Notes: generated from the sequence alone by a model not told the origin. 64,000 nucleotides of DNA from an uncultured Verrucomicrobiae bacterium (GCA_963765205.1 CAVXVB010000007.1:288001-352000), one strand, 5' to 3'. Positions 52,853-63,715 are shown, counted from the stretch's first letter. Numbers and translations: made by a program.

Positions 52853-54057
52853 CCTTGCCCATGAAAACGCTTATTGTTCAAGCCATGTCCAACGCCACGC
52901 TCTCCATGCCCGACGGACCCGCGCCCTGGCCCCGCCCCGCGAAAGACACCGTGCCCGTGGGTGCGGGGCGCGTATTGGTCGTGGATGACGACCCCGCCGG
53001 GCGCATGTTGCTGGCCGACTGGCTCAGCGCCTACGGGCACCACGTCATCACTGCGGCGGACGGGCCGGAAGCCTTGCTCGCCGTCGAGCGCGAGGCGCCG
53101 GACGCCATTGTCCTGGACGTCAACATGCCGGGCATGGATGGCTTTGCCGTCTGCGAGCGGCTGAAGAGCAACCCCCGCACCGCCGTCATCCCCGTGCTGC
53201 TGCTGACGGCGTTGCACGAACGCGAGGACCGCCTGCGCGGGATGCGGGCCGGGGCGAACGACTTTTTGATGAAGCCGGCGGACCTGCCCTATGTGCTGCT
53301 GCGGGTGCGCAACGCCATCCGCCTCCGGCAACTGCACTTGGAAGTCGAGGAGAAGCTGGCGGAGGTCTGCCGTGAGCAGCAAATGAAGGAAAGTCTTTTG
53401 CACATGATCGTGCATGATTTGCGCACGCCGCTGGCCGGCCTTGAGGGATTTTTGCAACTGCTGCAAATGGCGGCGGGCGCGAAGCTGGACGAGCGGCCCG
53501 CGCATTACTTGAAGCAGGCGCTGCACGCCTCGCACAACCTGGCCCACCAGATTGACTTGCTGCTGGACATCTCCCGGATGGAGGAGGGCAAAATGCCCGT
53601 GCAGGCCGTGGCGCATAACTTGGCGGACGTGGTGGACCAGGCGCTCGAGCCACTGCGTCCGTTGTTCGGCAGTCGCCGGCTGGAATTGGAACTGCCGCCC
53701 CGGCCCGTGTCGGCGGTGGGCGACCCGGGGCTGCTCGGGCGCGTGGTGTCGAATCTGGTGGGCAACGCGATTGCCTTCACCCCGCCGCAGGACGGGGCCA
53801 TTGCCGTGCGGTTGCGCACCGGTCTGGGCGCGGCGCGCGTTGAAGTCGAGGACAATGGGCCGGGCATCGAACTGGCGAAACAAGAGGCGATTTTCGAGAA
53901 ATTCTACCAGGTCGGCGAACATGTGCGCAACCGGTCCAGCGGGTTGGGGCTGGCCTTTTGCAAACTGGCCATGGAGGCCCAAGGCGGCCGCATCGGCGTC
54001 GTGTCGCAGCCGGGGGCAGGCTCGCGCTTTTGGTTCGAAGTGCCGGCGGAGGGGTAG
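52849..54057 (+). CDS. Hybrid REC-histidine kinase
   Basis: VLVVDD, LDVNMPGMDG, MIVHDLRTPL, NLVGNA, DNGPGI, SGLGL; ATGA overlap with the upstream gene. Confidence 0.92.
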   Translation: MTLPMKTLIVQAMSNATLSMPDGPAPWPRPAKDTVPVGAGRVLVVDDDPAGRMLLADWLSAYGHHVITAADGPEALLAVEREAPDAIVLDVNMPGMDGFAVCERLKSNPRTAVIPVLLLTALHEREDRLRGMRAGANDFLMKPADLPYVLLRVRNAIRLRQLHLEVEEKLAEVCREQQMKESLLHMIVHDLRTPLAGLEGFLQLLQMAAGAKLDERPAHYLKQALHASHNLAHQIDLLLDISRMEEGKMPVQAVAHNLADVVDQALEPLRPLFGSRRLELELPPRPVSAVGDPGLLGRVVSNLVGNAIAFTPPQDGAIAVRLRTGLGAARVEVEDNGPGIELAKQEAIFEKFYQVGEHVRNRSSGLGLAFCKLAMEAQGGRIGVVSQPGAGSRFWFEVPAEG

Positions 54058-54064
54058 CTTATTA

Positions 54065-54180
54065 CAACGCTCAACTTTTAACGCTCAAATTGGAAAATCC
54101 TCCTGTGCGATGATGCGTCAAGACCTTTGGGTGCCTCCAAACTTAAACGTTGAGCGTTGAACGTTAAAAGTTGAGCGTTT
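54065..54180. repeat. Heptamer (AACGCTC) hairpin between convergent genes
   Basis: AACGCTCAACTTTTAACGCTCAA versus the right arm 54145-54180, 22/23 complementary. Confidence 0.85.
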
Positions 54181-54220
54181 TAATTGCTGGCGGCCAGCTG
54201 CCTCAGCTCGCCCGCTGACT

Positions 54221-55975
54221 TCACTTCGGCGTGCTCGCCGGCGCTGGCGTGAGCTTCTGGAGGAGCGTGGCCTTGGTCTCGGGATTGGCGACGGTGTTGA
54301 TCCACGCCAGGACAGCGGCGGGATTTTTTGTCGCCTGCGTCGAGGCAGCCAATTGACTGATGGCGGTGTCGCGAGCGTCGCCGGCGGGCAGCGTGCCGAG
54401 CCAGGTCGTGAAGGCTTGCGGGTCTTGCTTCACCCAGGTGGCGGCGACGGAACCGAGGGCGTTGAGTTGCGCGGGGCCGGCGGGAAGTTGATCAATCAGG
54501 CTCACGGCCTGCGCCGGGTCTTTTTGGGCGGTGGAATTGACCAGGCTGGCCATCACCGTGCCACGTTCGCCGTCATCCGGCAGGCCGGCGGCATAATTCC
54601 AGGCGGAGGTGAAATCCGTTTGGGACCAGGTCGTCAAAACATTGCCGAGGGCCTGGTCTTTGGTCGCGCCCTCGGGCAGGCTGTCGGTCAAGTCCAGCGC
54701 GCCTTGAAGATCAGTCGTCGCCAGCGTTTTCGCAATGGCGGGCGCGGCGGGCAGAAAGTCCGCGGGGTCGTCGGAATTTTCCACAAAATCGGCGGCGGCC
54801 GCGGGATTGGTTTTGGCCAGTGAGGTGAGGATGGTATTGAGCGCGGCGGTTCGTGCGGTGTCATCGGCGTCCGGCAGGGTTTGCGCCCACGCCAGGGCGT
54901 CGTTGGCGTTGATTTCGCTCCAGCGGCTGGCCAAAGCATCAATCGCGCCCGTGCGCGCCCCCGGCTCGGTCACTTCGTCCAATGCGCCCACGAACGGGGT
55001 GGGATTATTGAAGAAAGAAAAAATTTCATTGATGGCATTGTCGTAAGTGACGCCCGTTGCGACTTGGTTGAGCCAATCAACCGCGGCGGCTGGGCGTGTA
55101 TCAAGGTATGTAGCCATCTGATGGATAATGTTGTTGCGCAGGGAAAGGTCGGTTACCAGATTCAGGTAAGATGCGGCGGTGGCCTGGTCGAAGTTGCCGT
55201 ATTGTGCATCTACGACCAAGACGTTTTCGACCAGTCGGTTGAGGACGTTTGCGTCGGTGGGCGGCAGACTCTGGGCCCAACGGAGGGCGGCCGCCGGGTC
55301 GGGGTTCATTAACGCAGCACCCACCGCCTCGAGCGCCGCTGAGCGATTCGGACCGGTCGGAAGGCTGAGTGCCGCGGTCATGGCATCGGTTAAATGCTCC
55401 TGGGCCCAGCCGCTGAAAATCGCACCGTAGTCCATGGGTGCATTAACATCGCTGGACGAAAGTTGCGCCAGCATATTCAAGGCTTGTTGCGGATCGCTCT
55501 CGGCCAGCTTGCCCAGCGCCGTGGAAACGATATACGTTCGTTGGTCGAGGTCCGGATAATTATCGATAAGGGAAAACATGGCCAGCGGATCAGCGGCGCC
55601 CAGCCGATTAAGGAGGTCTCCCAACAGAAACTTTTTGTCAAAGCGCTCCATAATTGACGGCGGTAAATCCGTTATGAGTTTGATGATGGCGGGAAGGTCG
55701 GCCGGGTTTACCCCGGGCAGCAGGGCTTCCATGAAATAGCTTTGCTTATCGTCGGATGACCGATGGGGGTCCGCAAACAGGGCGCGGACTTCGTCGAGCG
55801 TGGTAAAATAAACGGCCGCAGGGGCCGCTGCCGCCTTGGACGTTACGGGCCCTTTTGGGTGGGCGAGCGATGAAGTCCTGGCCTCGGCGGGCGGCAGCAT
55901 CGCCTGCCACCGGCCAAACAGGTAGCAGACCCCAACCATGCTGAGGAGGAAGATGCTGCGGAGAAAAGTTTTCAT
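54221..55975 (-). CDS. Membrane-anchored/exported helical-repeat protein, paralog A
   Basis: Hydrophobic N-terminus ending YLFGRWQ; many DP.AAL.WA..LP.G..R..AL repeats. Confidence 0.75.
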   Translation of the reverse strand: MKTFLRSIFLLSMVGVCYLFGRWQAMLPPAEARTSSLAHPKGPVTSKAAAAPAAVYFTTLDEVRALFADPHRSSDDKQSYFMEALLPGVNPADLPAIIKLITDLPPSIMERFDKKFLLGDLLNRLGAADPLAMFSLIDNYPDLDQRTYIVSTALGKLAESDPQQALNMLAQLSSSDVNAPMDYGAIFSGWAQEHLTDAMTAALSLPTGPNRSAALEAVGAALMNPDPAAALRWAQSLPPTDANVLNRLVENVLVVDAQYGNFDQATAASYLNLVTDLSLRNNIIHQMATYLDTRPAAAVDWLNQVATGVTYDNAINEIFSFFNNPTPFVGALDEVTEPGARTGAIDALASRWSEINANDALAWAQTLPDADDTARTAALNTILTSLAKTNPAAAADFVENSDDPADFLPAAPAIAKTLATTDLQGALDLTDSLPEGATKDQALGNVLTTWSQTDFTSAWNYAAGLPDDGERGTVMASLVNSTAQKDPAQAVSLIDQLPAGPAQLNALGSVAATWVKQDPQAFTTWLGTLPAGDARDTAISQLAASTQATKNPAAVLAWINTVANPETKATLLQKLTPAPASTPK

Positions 55976-55987
55976 GGGCCGTTGGGT

Positions 55988-57517
55988 TCAGGGCGCGGGA
56001 TTCGGCTGGAGGGATTTGGTCAGCGCCTGCACGAGCGCGGCGCGCTCCGGCACGGGCAATTTTGTGTTCTGCAACGCTTTCGTGGCCGCCGACACGGCGG
56101 CATCGTGCTGGCTGCCCGGCGGCAAAGTGTTTACCCAGGCGGAAAAACCCGCGCTGTCGGCCAGCGCCCAAGTGGAGGCAATCGAACTTGTGGCGCTAAT
56201 TTGGGCGGCTTCCGTGGGCAGCTGCCCCAGTTGGGCGGCGGCTTGGGCGGGATTTTTTTTGGCCAGGTTGCCGACGAGGTTGCCCAGAATGGTCGTCGCT
56301 GTCTCAGTGTCTGTCAAATTCGCGGCATCGTTCCAAGCAGCGGTAAAGTCGGAGGCGGACATACTGACCAGGACACTACTCAACGCCTTGTTTTTCACGT
56401 CGCCGTCGGGAAGGCTATTCGTCCAAGCCAGCGCCGCCTGGGGATCAACGGACGCAAAATTCTGCGCGATGCTCGCGATGTTCTGCTGGAAGATGGCCGG
56501 GTTGGGGGAATTCTGCACGAAGGCGGCGGCGGCGACTGGATCACTCTCCGCCATGTTATTGATGATGAGCGGCAGGGCTTGGTCACGTTCGGCCTGGTCG
56601 GTATCCGGCAAGTTTTGCGCCCACGACAGGGCGGCCTCGGGGTTCGCGCTCCAATAGGTTAGCAGACGGGTAAGCACCGCGCTGCGAACATCCGGCTCGG
56701 TCACTTTATCAATCAAATTGGCCGCCGCGATTGGATTTACTTGACCGAGGCCGGAAAAAATGGCGGTGACGGTGCTGTCGTAGGTTTCGCCCGTGGCCAC
56801 CTGGTCGAGCCAGGCGAGCGCGTCGGCGGGGCCGGTACCCTCCCCGCCAGTATAGAATCCGTTTCCCCAGTAGGTTCCGATTATCTTGATCGCTTGGTTG
56901 CGCGCGGAGGCGTCCGGAAGCTTGTCTAGGTATTGGGCCGCCAGCGCGGGCTGCCAGCTATCGTTGTTTTGGCTCCCAACCGCAATCATGGCTTGTTCGA
57001 GCAAATTCGGCTCCGACGCCAATAGCGAAGTGGCCCAATCTAAACTGGCCTTGGCGTCGGACTCAGCCCAGCCTTCGGTTAACCCCTTCAAGGCGGCGGT
57101 TCGCTCCAGCCCGGCGGGTAGAGCTAGTGCGGCGGCGGCCGCATCGGGGGCATCTGCGGAGTTTCTTGCCCAAGTCGCGAAGGCATCCCGATACATTTCT
57201 TGCGTTTTCGCGCCGGTCGGGAGTTTGGCTAGTTTTTCCAAGCCGCCCTTGGGGTCTTTCGCCAAATTGATATCCGCCGCCGGGTGCGGGTGCAGTTCCG
57301 ACTCAACCCTTTTCTGGACAGCCAAATACTTGGCATAGGCGGCGGCTCTCGCGGCGGTTCGGGCAGCGAGGGCGAGGCTGGCGGGGCTGCGCACTCTCGG
57401 CTCGAGGCGAACCCCGAGCGCGAGGGTTCCCTGCCACCGGCCCGTCAGGTAAGCCGTGGCCGCCAAGGCGAGGTAGAGAACCGCGCGAAAGCATCCAACG
57501 AGGGACGGGCGTCTCAT
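55988..57517 (-). CDS. Membrane-anchored/exported helical-repeat protein, paralog B
   Basis: Hydrophobic N-terminus ending YLTGRWQ; same repeat; shares WL.QVATG.TYD and VTEP..R segments with paralog A. Confidence 0.75.
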   Translation of the reverse strand: MRRPSLVGCFRAVLYLALAATAYLTGRWQGTLALGVRLEPRVRSPASLALAARTAARAAAYAKYLAVQKRVESELHPHPAADINLAKDPKGGLEKLAKLPTGAKTQEMYRDAFATWARNSADAPDAAAAALALPAGLERTAALKGLTEGWAESDAKASLDWATSLLASEPNLLEQAMIAVGSQNNDSWQPALAAQYLDKLPDASARNQAIKIIGTYWGNGFYTGGEGTGPADALAWLDQVATGETYDSTVTAIFSGLGQVNPIAAANLIDKVTEPDVRSAVLTRLLTYWSANPEAALSWAQNLPDTDQAERDQALPLIINNMAESDPVAAAAFVQNSPNPAIFQQNIASIAQNFASVDPQAALAWTNSLPDGDVKNKALSSVLVSMSASDFTAAWNDAANLTDTETATTILGNLVGNLAKKNPAQAAAQLGQLPTEAAQISATSSIASTWALADSAGFSAWVNTLPPGSQHDAAVSAATKALQNTKLPVPERAALVQALTKSLQPNPAP

Positions 57518-57607
57518 CGGGGCAGGCAATCAATACGTGATGATGGCCGCGTAATCAATGGCAAAGACTACCGCCGCAATGACATCCTTGGCGTTGGATG
57601 GGGCGAA

Positions 57608-58504
57608 TTAAAACTTCTCCGTCCGCAGCCAGGCGATGCACTGGGCGTTCCAGAAATCCTTGAGGCCGAAGCCGTGGCCGCCGTAGGGGCCGCGCAGGTA
57701 AACGACCGGGACGTTGTTTTTTTCGAGGGCGGCGACGTAGTCGTCCGAATTGGCGATGGGCACGACGGGGTCGGCGCTCGAATGGCAGATGAAGGCGGGG
57801 GGCGTGTCGCGCGTGACTTGCTTTTCGGCGCTGAGGAAATTCTTGAGGTCGTCCGGCGGATTGGCGCCGAGGAGGTAGGTGCGCGAGCCTTTATGGACGG
57901 TCGCGTCATTGCTCATGGTGATCACGGGGTAGAGCAGGATTTGCAGGTCGGGGCGCGAACTGGCGCGGTCAATAAAATCGGCGGCGTTCGGGTCACCCTT
58001 ATCATAGTGCGTGGCGACGGTGCTGGCGAGGTGCCCGCCGGCGGAGAAGCCGATGACGCCGATGCGGTTGGGGTCCAGCTTCCAGGCTGCGGCGTAGGTG
58101 CGGACGAAGCGGATGGCACGCTGGCCGTCGTCCATCTCAGCGGGGTGGTGGTAATCGTCCTGGCCGAGGCGGTATTTGACGACGAAAGCGGTGATGCCGT
58201 TGCTCGCCAGCCAGGCGCCGATGGTCGAGCCTTCGTTGACCATCGAGAGGTGTTGGTAGCCGCCACCGGGAAATATCACGATGGCGGAACCGGTCGCTTT
58301 GTCCACGGCGGGAAGGAAGGCCTGCATGCTGGGGATGTCCTTGACGGGATCCTGCCCGTGCTGAAGCGGGGCGTCGCCAGTCCAGAGGCGGAATTGCTGC
58401 TGGTCCTGCAGCGGCGGCGTGACGGCGGGTGCGGCGGATGGCGAATCGGCGGCGGACATGAGAAGGGGGGTAAAAAGCAGGGCAAGGAGCGCGAGGGTTT
58501 TCAT
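57608..58504 (-). CDS. Secreted alpha/beta hydrolase (esterase)
   Basis: Signal peptide, FPGGGY, YRL, IGVIGFSAGGHLA, RPD..IL.YPVI, D..VP, GGHGFG. Confidence 0.9.
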   Translation of the reverse strand: MKTLALLALLFTPLLMSAADSPSAAPAVTPPLQDQQQFRLWTGDAPLQHGQDPVKDIPSMQAFLPAVDKATGSAIVIFPGGGYQHLSMVNEGSTIGAWLASNGITAFVVKYRLGQDDYHHPAEMDDGQRAIRFVRTYAAAWKLDPNRIGVIGFSAGGHLASTVATHYDKGDPNAADFIDRASSRPDLQILLYPVITMSNDATVHKGSRTYLLGANPPDDLKNFLSAEKQVTRDTPPAFICHSSADPVVPIANSDDYVAALEKNNVPVVYLRGPYGGHGFGLKDFWNAQCIAWLRTEKF

Positions 58505-58696
58505 GGGAAGCTGGATAGGGACAAGGCAAAATTTTTAGAGTATGAACCCGCGTTGGCAATGGTAAAGGAGCGATCAGCAAGCGTGAAGCGTGGAGTGTGA
58601 AGTGTGGAGTTGTGGGCGGACGGGAATTGACCTGGGGAGAACGGGGGTCATGATGGATCGAGCATTGATGGTTCACTTCCTACCCCGGAGGCTTTT

Positions 58697-60220
58697 ATGA
58701 AGACATTTTCTTTGGAGCGGCGAGACATGCTGAAAGGCGCGGCGGCGCTGGGCGTTTCCGCGGCGCTGGCGCGGACGCGCTTGATGGCAGCGGAAGCTCC
58801 TGCGACCGGTTCGACGAGCTCACCGCAAGCAGGCTCAGGGCCGGCAGCGAAGGTCGCGCCCACGATTGGCATCCAGATGAATGTCGGGGCGCTGGCCGCG
58901 CCGGATCTGGGGCCACTGCTCGAGGATTTGCAAACGCGCGCGGGGGTCAACGCGCTGTTTCCGTTCATTTACAGCAATGTGAACCGCTGGACGGGCCTGC
59001 CCGCGCGGGGTTTTCTCGGGGGCAATTTTGCCATCCCGCACATGCAGTATTACAAGGACACGAGCCTGACTTATGACGATATGCGCGCGAAAGAACTCGG
59101 CGACCTGGACGTGCTGGCGCACACGATTGCGGCGGCGAAACCGCGCGGGATCAAAACCTTTGCGTGGATTTTGGAAAACAACGAGAGCCTGTCGGCCCCG
59201 GCCTGGGCGCCATTGTATGAAATTGATTTTCAGGGCCGGCGCACCGACCGGCACCCGTCGGGGCCGTGCAACAACAACCCCGCGTATATCGGGTATCTGC
59301 TCGGGTTGGTCGAGGACTACGCGCGGTCGTATGACATTGACGGGGTGATGTGGTCCTCGGAGCGGCAGGGGGGCTTGTTTAACGCGCTGGGCGCGTATCA
59401 CAACGGGCAGAGCTCCGATCCGGGGAAAGCGACGTGCTTTTGCGAATTCTGCGTGGCCAAGGCAAAAACGCGCGGCATTGACGCAGCGCGCGCGCGCCTG
59501 GGCTTCGGCGAAATCGAAAAATATGTGCGCGCAGGCCGGGCCGGGCAGCGTCCGCGCGACGGCTACTTTGTCGAGTTCTTTCGCATCCTGCTGAAATACC
59601 CGGAATTGCTGGCGTGGGAGCAGTTCTGGATTGACAGCCGCGGAGAGTTGATGGCGGCGATTTACCAGAAAGTGAAGGGCATCAAGCCGTCGTTGCAAGT
59701 CGGCTGGCATGTATGGCACGCTCTTTCCTTCAGCCCCTTCCACCGCGCGGAGATGGACTACGCCGCGATGGCGAAATACTCCGACTTCATCAAGCCGGTG
59801 CTCTACGCCAATTGCGCGGGCGACCGGATGCGCAGCTTCGCCGACAGCGTGGGGCAAAACGTTTTCGGCGACGCGCCCCGGGCGGAAATGCTCGATGTGT
59901 TTTATGACATGCTGGATTACAAGGAAGCGCCCTACGACCAGGTGCGCGCGGCGGGATTCTCCTCCGACTACATGAAGCGCGAGACACGTCGCTGCCTGGA
60001 TGACGCGGGCGGGGCGGTGCAGGTATGGCCGGGCGTGGACGTGGATGTGCCGGTGCCGCCGGGGGCCAGCAAGCGCACTCCGGAAGGAGTGAAGAACGAC
60101 GTTATTGCTTCATTCCAAGGGGGCGCAACCGGGGTGGTGCTCTCCCGCCTTTATTATGAAATGGACCTCACCAACCTCGCCGGTGCGGGCACGGCGCTCA
60201 AGGAGCTGGGGTTCGGCTGA
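58697..60220 (+). CDS. Tat-exported putative glycoside-hydrolase-like protein
   Basis: ERRDMLK Tat signal; PC.NNP.Y...L...ED..RSYDIDG and CFC.FC motifs. Confidence 0.7.
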   Translation: MKTFSLERRDMLKGAAALGVSAALARTRLMAAEAPATGSTSSPQAGSGPAAKVAPTIGIQMNVGALAAPDLGPLLEDLQTRAGVNALFPFIYSNVNRWTGLPARGFLGGNFAIPHMQYYKDTSLTYDDMRAKELGDLDVLAHTIAAAKPRGIKTFAWILENNESLSAPAWAPLYEIDFQGRRTDRHPSGPCNNNPAYIGYLLGLVEDYARSYDIDGVMWSSERQGGLFNALGAYHNGQSSDPGKATCFCEFCVAKAKTRGIDAARARLGFGEIEKYVRAGRAGQRPRDGYFVEFFRILLKYPELLAWEQFWIDSRGELMAAIYQKVKGIKPSLQVGWHVWHALSFSPFHRAEMDYAAMAKYSDFIKPVLYANCAGDRMRSFADSVGQNVFGDAPRAEMLDVFYDMLDYKEAPYDQVRAAGFSSDYMKRETRRCLDDAGGAVQVWPGVDVDVPVPPGASKRTPEGVKNDVIASFQGGATGVVLSRLYYEMDLTNLAGAGTALKELGFG

Positions 60221-60240
60221 GGGGCGAGAAAATCCCATCC

Positions 60241-61204
60241 ATGAACGCCCGAATAAAATATGCCCTGAAGCAACAGTGGCACCGGTGCGTGCTTCCGGTG
60301 GCGGGCGTCCTGGGAAAGTGGGACCGCCCACGCGGCGGGTTTATGATCTGCTTTTATTCAACCAAGAGCTGGAGCTGCTGGAGACGCGGCTGAGTTATCT
60401 CGACCCGGTGGTGGATGTCTTTGTCATTGGCGAGTCGGAGCAGACGTTTATTGGCGAGGCCAAGCCGCTGTGGTTTGCGCAGAACCGGGCGCGTTTCCAG
60501 AAGTATGAGAAAAAATCCGCCATGTCCTCATTCCGCCGCCGGCACCGGCGGATTATGAAGTGAGCGGCAGCCACACGGGCGTCAAAAGCACAGAGCATTA
60601 CCACCGCCGGATGCTGAGCGCCGGGCTGGCCGACGCCCGGGACCAGGACATCGTGCTGTATTCAGATGCGGACGAAATTCCGAGCCGGCGCGCGGTGGAG
60701 CAATTAATCGGCGTGCTGCGCCTGGGTTACCCGGCGGCGATTTTTCAGATGCACTGGCATTTGTTGTATTTGAACGCGGTGGGCGTGGATTATGTGGGGG
60801 CGGCGGCGGGGCACCCCTGCGAATGGTTTGGCACGGCGGGGACGACGATGGAGAATTTTCGCAAGGTGTATGCGGCGGACGCCAACCGACTGTGGCAATT
60901 CCGCTGGGGCGAGATGAGCAAGTGCTTGATTCGCCTGGCGCCGGGAGGTTGGCATTTTTCTTATTTGGGCGGCTTGGCACGACTGGCGCAGAAGCAGCGG
61001 GACACGGCGTATAAGGTGCGCGATCCGGCGAAAACCGCGGCCTTGCGGCAACACGAAATTGCACAGGTGCGGTTCGAATTCCGCGAAATGGCGGGGCTGT
61101 TTCCCGCCGAATTGCAGGCGCACCTGGGGCCGCTCTTGCCTTTGGCTGGCAGCGAGCAGCAGTTTGCGCGGGAATTGGCGAAATATGAAGTCGGGGCGAT
61201 TTGA
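60241..61204 (+). CDS. Glycosyltransferase family 17-like protein (apparent frameshifts near 60335 and 60512)
   Basis: VYD...FN.EL.LLE.RL..L..VVD.FVI.ES..TF.G..KPL.F, SDADEIP (DxD), GGWHFSY.G. Confidence 0.8.
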
Positions 61205-61358
61205 ACCGGGCGCGCCGCGGGGACTTGTTATTTTATTATAAATTATTAAAGTTATAATTCAAGGCGGGTCCGCACCGCCGATAATGCCCGCGGGGGAGGC
61301 GCTCTTTGGCACAACTCCTGCTTGCTGGATAAGGGTGGATAAACCTCCACGCACCACC

Positions 61359-61562
61359 ATGAAAAAAATCTCACTCTTGACCTTCTTTCTAACCGCAGGT
61401 TTGACCTCGCAAGTTATTGGGGCAAGTGTGCCCAATCTTTCGCCGGCCATGCCCCGCATAATTGTCGCGCAGGATCCAGCGCCTACACCCGCACCGGCTC
61501 CCGATCCAACGCCCGCTCCAGCCCCGGCCCCCATGCCCGCACCTTCTGCGCCGACGAGCTAA
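61359..61562 (+). CDS. Small secreted Pro/Ala-rich protein
   Basis: MKKISLLTFFL signal-like N-terminus followed by DPAPTPAPAP repeats. Confidence 0.55.
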   Translation: MKKISLLTFFLTAGLTSQVIGASVPNLSPAMPRIIVAQDPAPTPAPAPDPTPAPAPAPMPAPSAPTS

Positions 61563-61802
61563 GGTTAGCGGAATCAGCCCAGCAGGGTTTGCCGCCGAAG
61601 CCTCAGGATGCGCCGGGTCTCTATCAGGTGCATCTGGAGGCCGCTGGAGGGTTGGCTCGGACAATTGAAGGACCGGGGCCGCTGGCGACCAAGATGGTGC
61701 TTCGTTTCGGCGTTTGATGGCAAACGGGCACTTGACGACTCGCACGTAAAGGTTGCAAGCGGGGCCTTCCTTGCTAGGATGGGGGGTCTGGTTGGTCAAC
61801 TC

Positions 61803-63020
61803 ATGGACATTCCACCGCCCGCCCTTGACGGATTGCGCATTCAGCGCGCCGCCGCGCCCCCGCCCCGGTCGCTCGGGTGGATCATCGCTGCCGCCATTCT
61901 TATAGTGCCTGGCATGACGGGGGCGTTGTTCTGGCTGCGACTGCCGAAGGTGATTATGGTCCATACGGCGCTTGTGCAGGAAGGCGCGGGGAGCCAGGAT
62001 CGGACGCTCCTTAACGCGTCGGGCTACGTGACAGCGCGACGCGAGGCGACGATTTCCGCGAAAAACACGGGCAAGGTGACCGAAGTATTGGTCGAGGAGG
62101 GTATGAAAGTTGAGGAGGGACAGGTGCTCGCACGGCTGGATGCCACGAATATCCAGGCCGGCTTGGACGAGGCGCAGGCGGAACTGGTTTCGGCGAACAC
62201 CGCGCTCAATGAAATCTCGGCGAACTTGGACCTCGCCGTGCGCGACCAGCAGCGCTTCGAGCAACTGGCGGCCAGCAATTTTGTGAGCAAATCCGATCTG
62301 GACCATTACGAGACTGACGTGAAGGTCTTGCAGGCGCGCCAGGGGCGGCAGCAGGCGGATGTCACGGTTGCGGAAAAAACCGTCGCGGTCTGGCAGCAGC
62401 AACTGAACGATACGATCATCCGTGCGCCCTTTGCCGGCGTCGTCATTTCCAAGGATGCGCAGCCGGGCGAAATGATTTCCCCGATCTCGGCGGGCGGCGG
62501 CTTCACCCGCACCGGCATCTGCACGGTGGTGGACATGGCCTCGCTCGAAATTGACGTGGACGTGAACGAGAGCTACATCAACCGCGTCCAGGCCGGCCAG
62601 CCAGTTGAGGCGACACTGGACGCCTATCCCGACTGGAAGATTCCCGCCAAGGTCATCGCCATCATCCCGACGGCGGACCGGCAGAAGGCGACCGTCAAAG
62701 TGCGCGTGGGCTTTGAAAAACTTGATCCGCGGGTTTTGCCCGATATGAGCGCGAAGGTCGCGTTTGAAAGCGCGGAGCCGACGACCACGACGGCGACCCA
62801 TGATGTGTTGGTTCCGGAGGCGGCGGTGCAACAAGCTGATGGCAAATCCCTCGCCTGGGTTTTCCACGACGGCCACGCCGAACGCCGTGCCATCACCGTC
62901 GGCGACGTGCGCGGCAGCGACATCGCGGTCACGGCGGGCCTGCAAGCCGGCGAAAAAATCATTGTGGACAACGCCGGTGCCCTGGTGGATGGCGTGGCCG
63001 TTGCGGAGGCCAAACCATGA
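61803..63020 (+). CDS. Efflux membrane-fusion (periplasmic adaptor) protein
   Basis: LNASGYV.ARR, G.V.EV.VEEG..V..GQ.LARLD, IRAPF.G, DVNE, I.PTADRQKAT. Confidence 0.9.
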   Translation: MDIPPPALDGLRIQRAAAPPPRSLGWIIAAAILIVPGMTGALFWLRLPKVIMVHTALVQEGAGSQDRTLLNASGYVTARREATISAKNTGKVTEVLVEEGMKVEEGQVLARLDATNIQAGLDEAQAELVSANTALNEISANLDLAVRDQQRFEQLAASNFVSKSDLDHYETDVKVLQARQGRQQADVTVAEKTVAVWQQQLNDTIIRAPFAGVVISKDAQPGEMISPISAGGGFTRTGICTVVDMASLEIDVDVNESYINRVQAGQPVEATLDAYPDWKIPAKVIAIIPTADRQKATVKVRVGFEKLDPRVLPDMSAKVAFESAEPTTTTATHDVLVPEAAVQQADGKSLAWVFHDGHAERRAITVGDVRGSDIAVTAGLQAGEKIIVDNAGALVDGVAVAEAKP

Positions 63021-63715
63021 GCACCCCCAACGGCGCCCTCATCCGCATCGAGAATGTGGAAAAAACTTTCCAACGCGGATCGGAAAAAATCCATGTGTTG
63101 GCCGGCTTAAACCTGGAAGTGCCCCAGGGCGAATTTCTCGCGCTCATGGGCCCCTCCGGCTCCGGCAAGTCCACGCTCCTGAATTTGATTGGCGGGCTGG
63201 ACCGGGCGACGGCGGGGACGGTGGAAATCGGCGGCGAACAAGTTGGTCAACTGAGCGAGCGCCAACTCGCGGCCTGGCGCGCGCGGCACGTCGGCCTGGT
63301 TTTCCAATTTTATAATCTGCTGCCGGTGATGACGGCGGAGCGCAACGTCGAGCTGCCACTGCTGTTGACGCACTTGAACAAAGCGCAACGGCGCGAGCAT
63401 GTGGCGACGGCGCTCAAAGTCGTCGGCCTCGAGCACCGCGCGCGGCATTATCCGCGCACGCTCTCGGGCGGGGAGCAGCAGCGCGTCGGCATCGCGCGCG
63501 CGATTGTGACGGACCCGACGCTGCTCTTGTGCGACGAGCCGACGGGCGACCTCGACCGGAAATCGGGCGATGAAATTCTGAATCTCCTGCAGGCTTTGAG
63601 CCGCGACCATGGCAAGACGATCATCATGGTCACGCACGACCCGCACGCCTCGGCGCGCGCCTCGCGCACGGTTTACCTCAACAAGGGGCAGCTTTCGACG
63701 GAGATGCCCGCATGA
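63017..63715 (+). CDS. ABC transporter ATP-binding protein (LolD/MacB-like)
   Basis: [30 protein letters not shown]. Confidence 0.95.
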   Translation: MSTPNGALIRIENVEKTFQRGSEKIHVLAGLNLEVPQGEFLALMGPSGSGKSTLLNLIGGLDRATAGTVEIGGEQVGQLSERQLAAWRARHVGLVFQFYNLLPVMTAERNVELPLLLTHLNKAQRREHVATALKVVGLEHRARHYPRTLSGGEQQRVGIARAIVTDPTLLLCDEPTGDLDRKSGDEILNLLQALSRDHGKTIIMVTHDPHASARASRTVYLNKGQLSTEMPA

